Source: Phoronis australis
Taxonomy: Eukaryota; Animalia; Phoronida
Assembly: GCA_002633005.1 (NCBI GenBank)
Contig: NMRA01000323.1
Location: 141,411-205,410 of the forward strand
Length of the DNA: 64,000 nucleotides
Direction: 5' to 3'
The notes below the pieces were generated by a model. The model searched no databases. It was not told where the DNA came from and saw nothing but the letters and a program-made list of their open reading frames with translations. This document shows positions 61,801 to 64,000 of this stretch, piece by piece; positions within the stretch are counted from its first letter, which is position 1; every line of letters starts with the position of its first letter. A program made the position numbers and the translations under genes.

Positions 61801-63977
61801 GTCAGGAGATTAAAGCGATTATCGAACAAAAGAGAGCTGGCCTTCCAACCATAAATGCCAGAATGGAATTAATCAGTCGTGTAAGATATTGGCTAGAGGG
61901 TTAAACTTCCCAACTTGTTGTTGGGCTATAGAATCGAACAAGTTGGGAGCAACGGGAAAACGCCGTAGCTCCGGGGAACACTGCTCACGCTCATCTCCGT
62001 TTTCATGGTGCCTCACATTTTCTTCACGCATTCGGTGGCTGTGACATCTACGATGGTGCAATAAAAATAAATTTTAGATCTGCGTTAACAGGTAGCGTTG
62101 GTGTACCTGTCGTGCAGATGTAAGCTATCGGTTTGGCTGAGTAGTAATTTTCATTAGTTTCGAATAACTCCATAATTTTACCTTTTGGCCATACAAACAT
62201 CCTCTTTTAAGGCGTCTGGCAATATATTGTCCATGTTACCACTCCAAGACCTGTCCCATGAACGACTTTGCCGTGGTTAGTAAAGACGGACAAACCCAAT
62301 CTTCTACACACGTTACAATCGTGCTTATACTACTGGGCAGTAAAATGTTTAGGGTTCCATTATTTTCTGAAGCAAAGCCACAATTGATTTGCTGAAGAGT
62401 TTTACATACACAGCCAAAAATTCTATATTATGTTCGTTTCCGGTTTTAACTTTTTGTGGTATCACAAAAATCCCTACGTGTTGTAAAAAGCAAACAGTTT
62501 TGAACTTCAAAATGTCCGCTCTGATTGTCCCCCACTATCAATGACTTTTTCCTGTCATTGAAAATTGGTGTTATGTTGTTGCCTGTAAAATCGTGCTGTA
62601 CACTTCAATACTGAAAACTTGGCTTGAGCTGGCCGATTCGCAATATTGTTAGTTTATGTTAAATGTTACTATAGATTAAGTAATTAGAAGATGAAATGTA
62701 ATGAAATTGTCAATTAGTAAAATTTTCAAATGAATGTCTTTGCTGGGGGCAATATAAAAATTGTGTTTTAACACTTGAGGACAGTGTTTATCAATTTTAT
62801 CGTTTTATGTAGGACCTATGTATAAAAATGTCCAAATTTGGCATATCTGCAAAATGTCTAATAAGATTCACGAATTCACCATTATGCTTGAAAACGAGGT
62901 GTTATGTTCAAATTAAAATGGTTCTGCACGTTTGGAACACGCGCTCTTTCACGTTTGCGTTGTTAAAACGAGGCAATGTGTCCTAAACAACAATGCACTA
63001 CAATCGTTTTTGCAGCGCCACCAAAGTGGGCAAGTAGTGAATTGTCACAGTTTGCACGTCAATTATCGATTACAATACAAAACACCAAATAAATCAAAAG
63101 CAAGTGCTCGCTCACTCGACATTCCGTCTCACAAAACCAAAATTGCGTCTCAGAGGTGCTTTTCATTATTTCAGCCTGCTAGCAATCACACAGCTTCACA
63201 AAACTGCAGCGAAAAAGCAGGTTTGCGTCGTATTTGAGATGCACCGTACGAGGGTGAGCAAAGTCACCTCAGTCGCCGTACTGGTCAAACTTCACTCGCG
63301 CTATTGTAATAAGTTGACTGATAGACTTTGACCAGGTGATGTGCTCAGAGGCGCATGCGCACAATTTTAGTGATTTTCGTGTACATTTTCATGTATGTGT
63401 AAATAGGTGCACATACGAAGTTTGTGGATTAGTAGTTTGTAGATTTGAAACAAAAACTGTTTGCAGTCATTTCATTGAAGTCGTTGCGGAAGTAGTCTCT
63501 GAGAAAGCAGGAATGAAAAACAAACAATAATTCTACGACAGAATGTCACACAGCGCCGATTAGAGGGTCAGTCAGTGTCAAACAGTGAAGTGCATGCACA
63601 TGTAATATACAAAAGTTGTCTAAAATTAATTTTGCAAGCGTTTTATTATACGACATATCAATACACATTTTTGGAATTAGGAAATGCACATGATGTCAGC
63701 GCATTATTGCTGTTGAAGTGCCTAGTCTTACTCTATTCTGCTGGTTTCGGCCACCGTATCACTCTCCACCTTGAGAGGGGACTCGACGTCGCGCGTGACT
63801 TTACCGAATTTGCCACGACGAAAATGACTATGACCAAAACCGAAGACCACGCTGAAAGAACAAAAAAATCATGTTGTTCCCTCAAATACAGTCCATGTAG
63901 TGCATCAACGCGTAGTTTTGACCATTATAGTCAATCAGGTAGAGGGAGTGAGTGGTAGGAAGTGGGAAGGGAAAGAC

Positions 63978-64000
63978 GAGAGAGAGAGAGAGAGAGAGAG
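63978..64000. repeat. (GA)n microsatellite
   Basis: Pure GA run to the window edge. Confidence 0.9.

Noticed and set aside
59000-63958. Short ORFs at the right end as a further gene (for example PHF21A)
   Set aside because: No recognisable protein similarity or exon chain. An NRF1-like GCGCATGCGC at 63351 is not sufficient evidence alone.

Overview
This is eukaryotic, AT-rich, intron-rich DNA, most likely from a marine invertebrate (lophotrochozoan-like repeat content). It holds two protein-coding genes arranged head-to-head. On the - strand are the first three coding exons of PEX16 (ATG at 5397), running off the left edge. On the + strand is a complete LARGE xylosyl/glucuronyltransferase gene (ATG 26790, stop 54567-54569, about 729 aa, 14 coding exons per isoform, probable 3' UTR of about 4.3 kb). 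The most notable feature is a tandemly duplicated 132-nt exon in the LARGE xylosyltransferase domain (40662-40793 and 41638-41769), which looks like a mutually exclusive exon pair. The flanking introns contain candidate competing docking/selector RNA pairings. The divergent PEX16-LARGE arrangement mirrors, from my recall, the human PEX16-LARGE2 pair. Introns carry many non-autonomous DNA elements: a Kolobok-like element with a decayed THAP domain, pogo-like, Harbinger-like, hAT-like with apparent 6-bp TSDs, Helentron-associated HINE-like elements, and palindromic MITEs that seeded minisatellites. Single Ns appear to mark contig joins: two flank probable haplotype duplications and one creates a false frameshift in a LARGE exon. 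All analysis was done by eye; no searches or folding programs were run.
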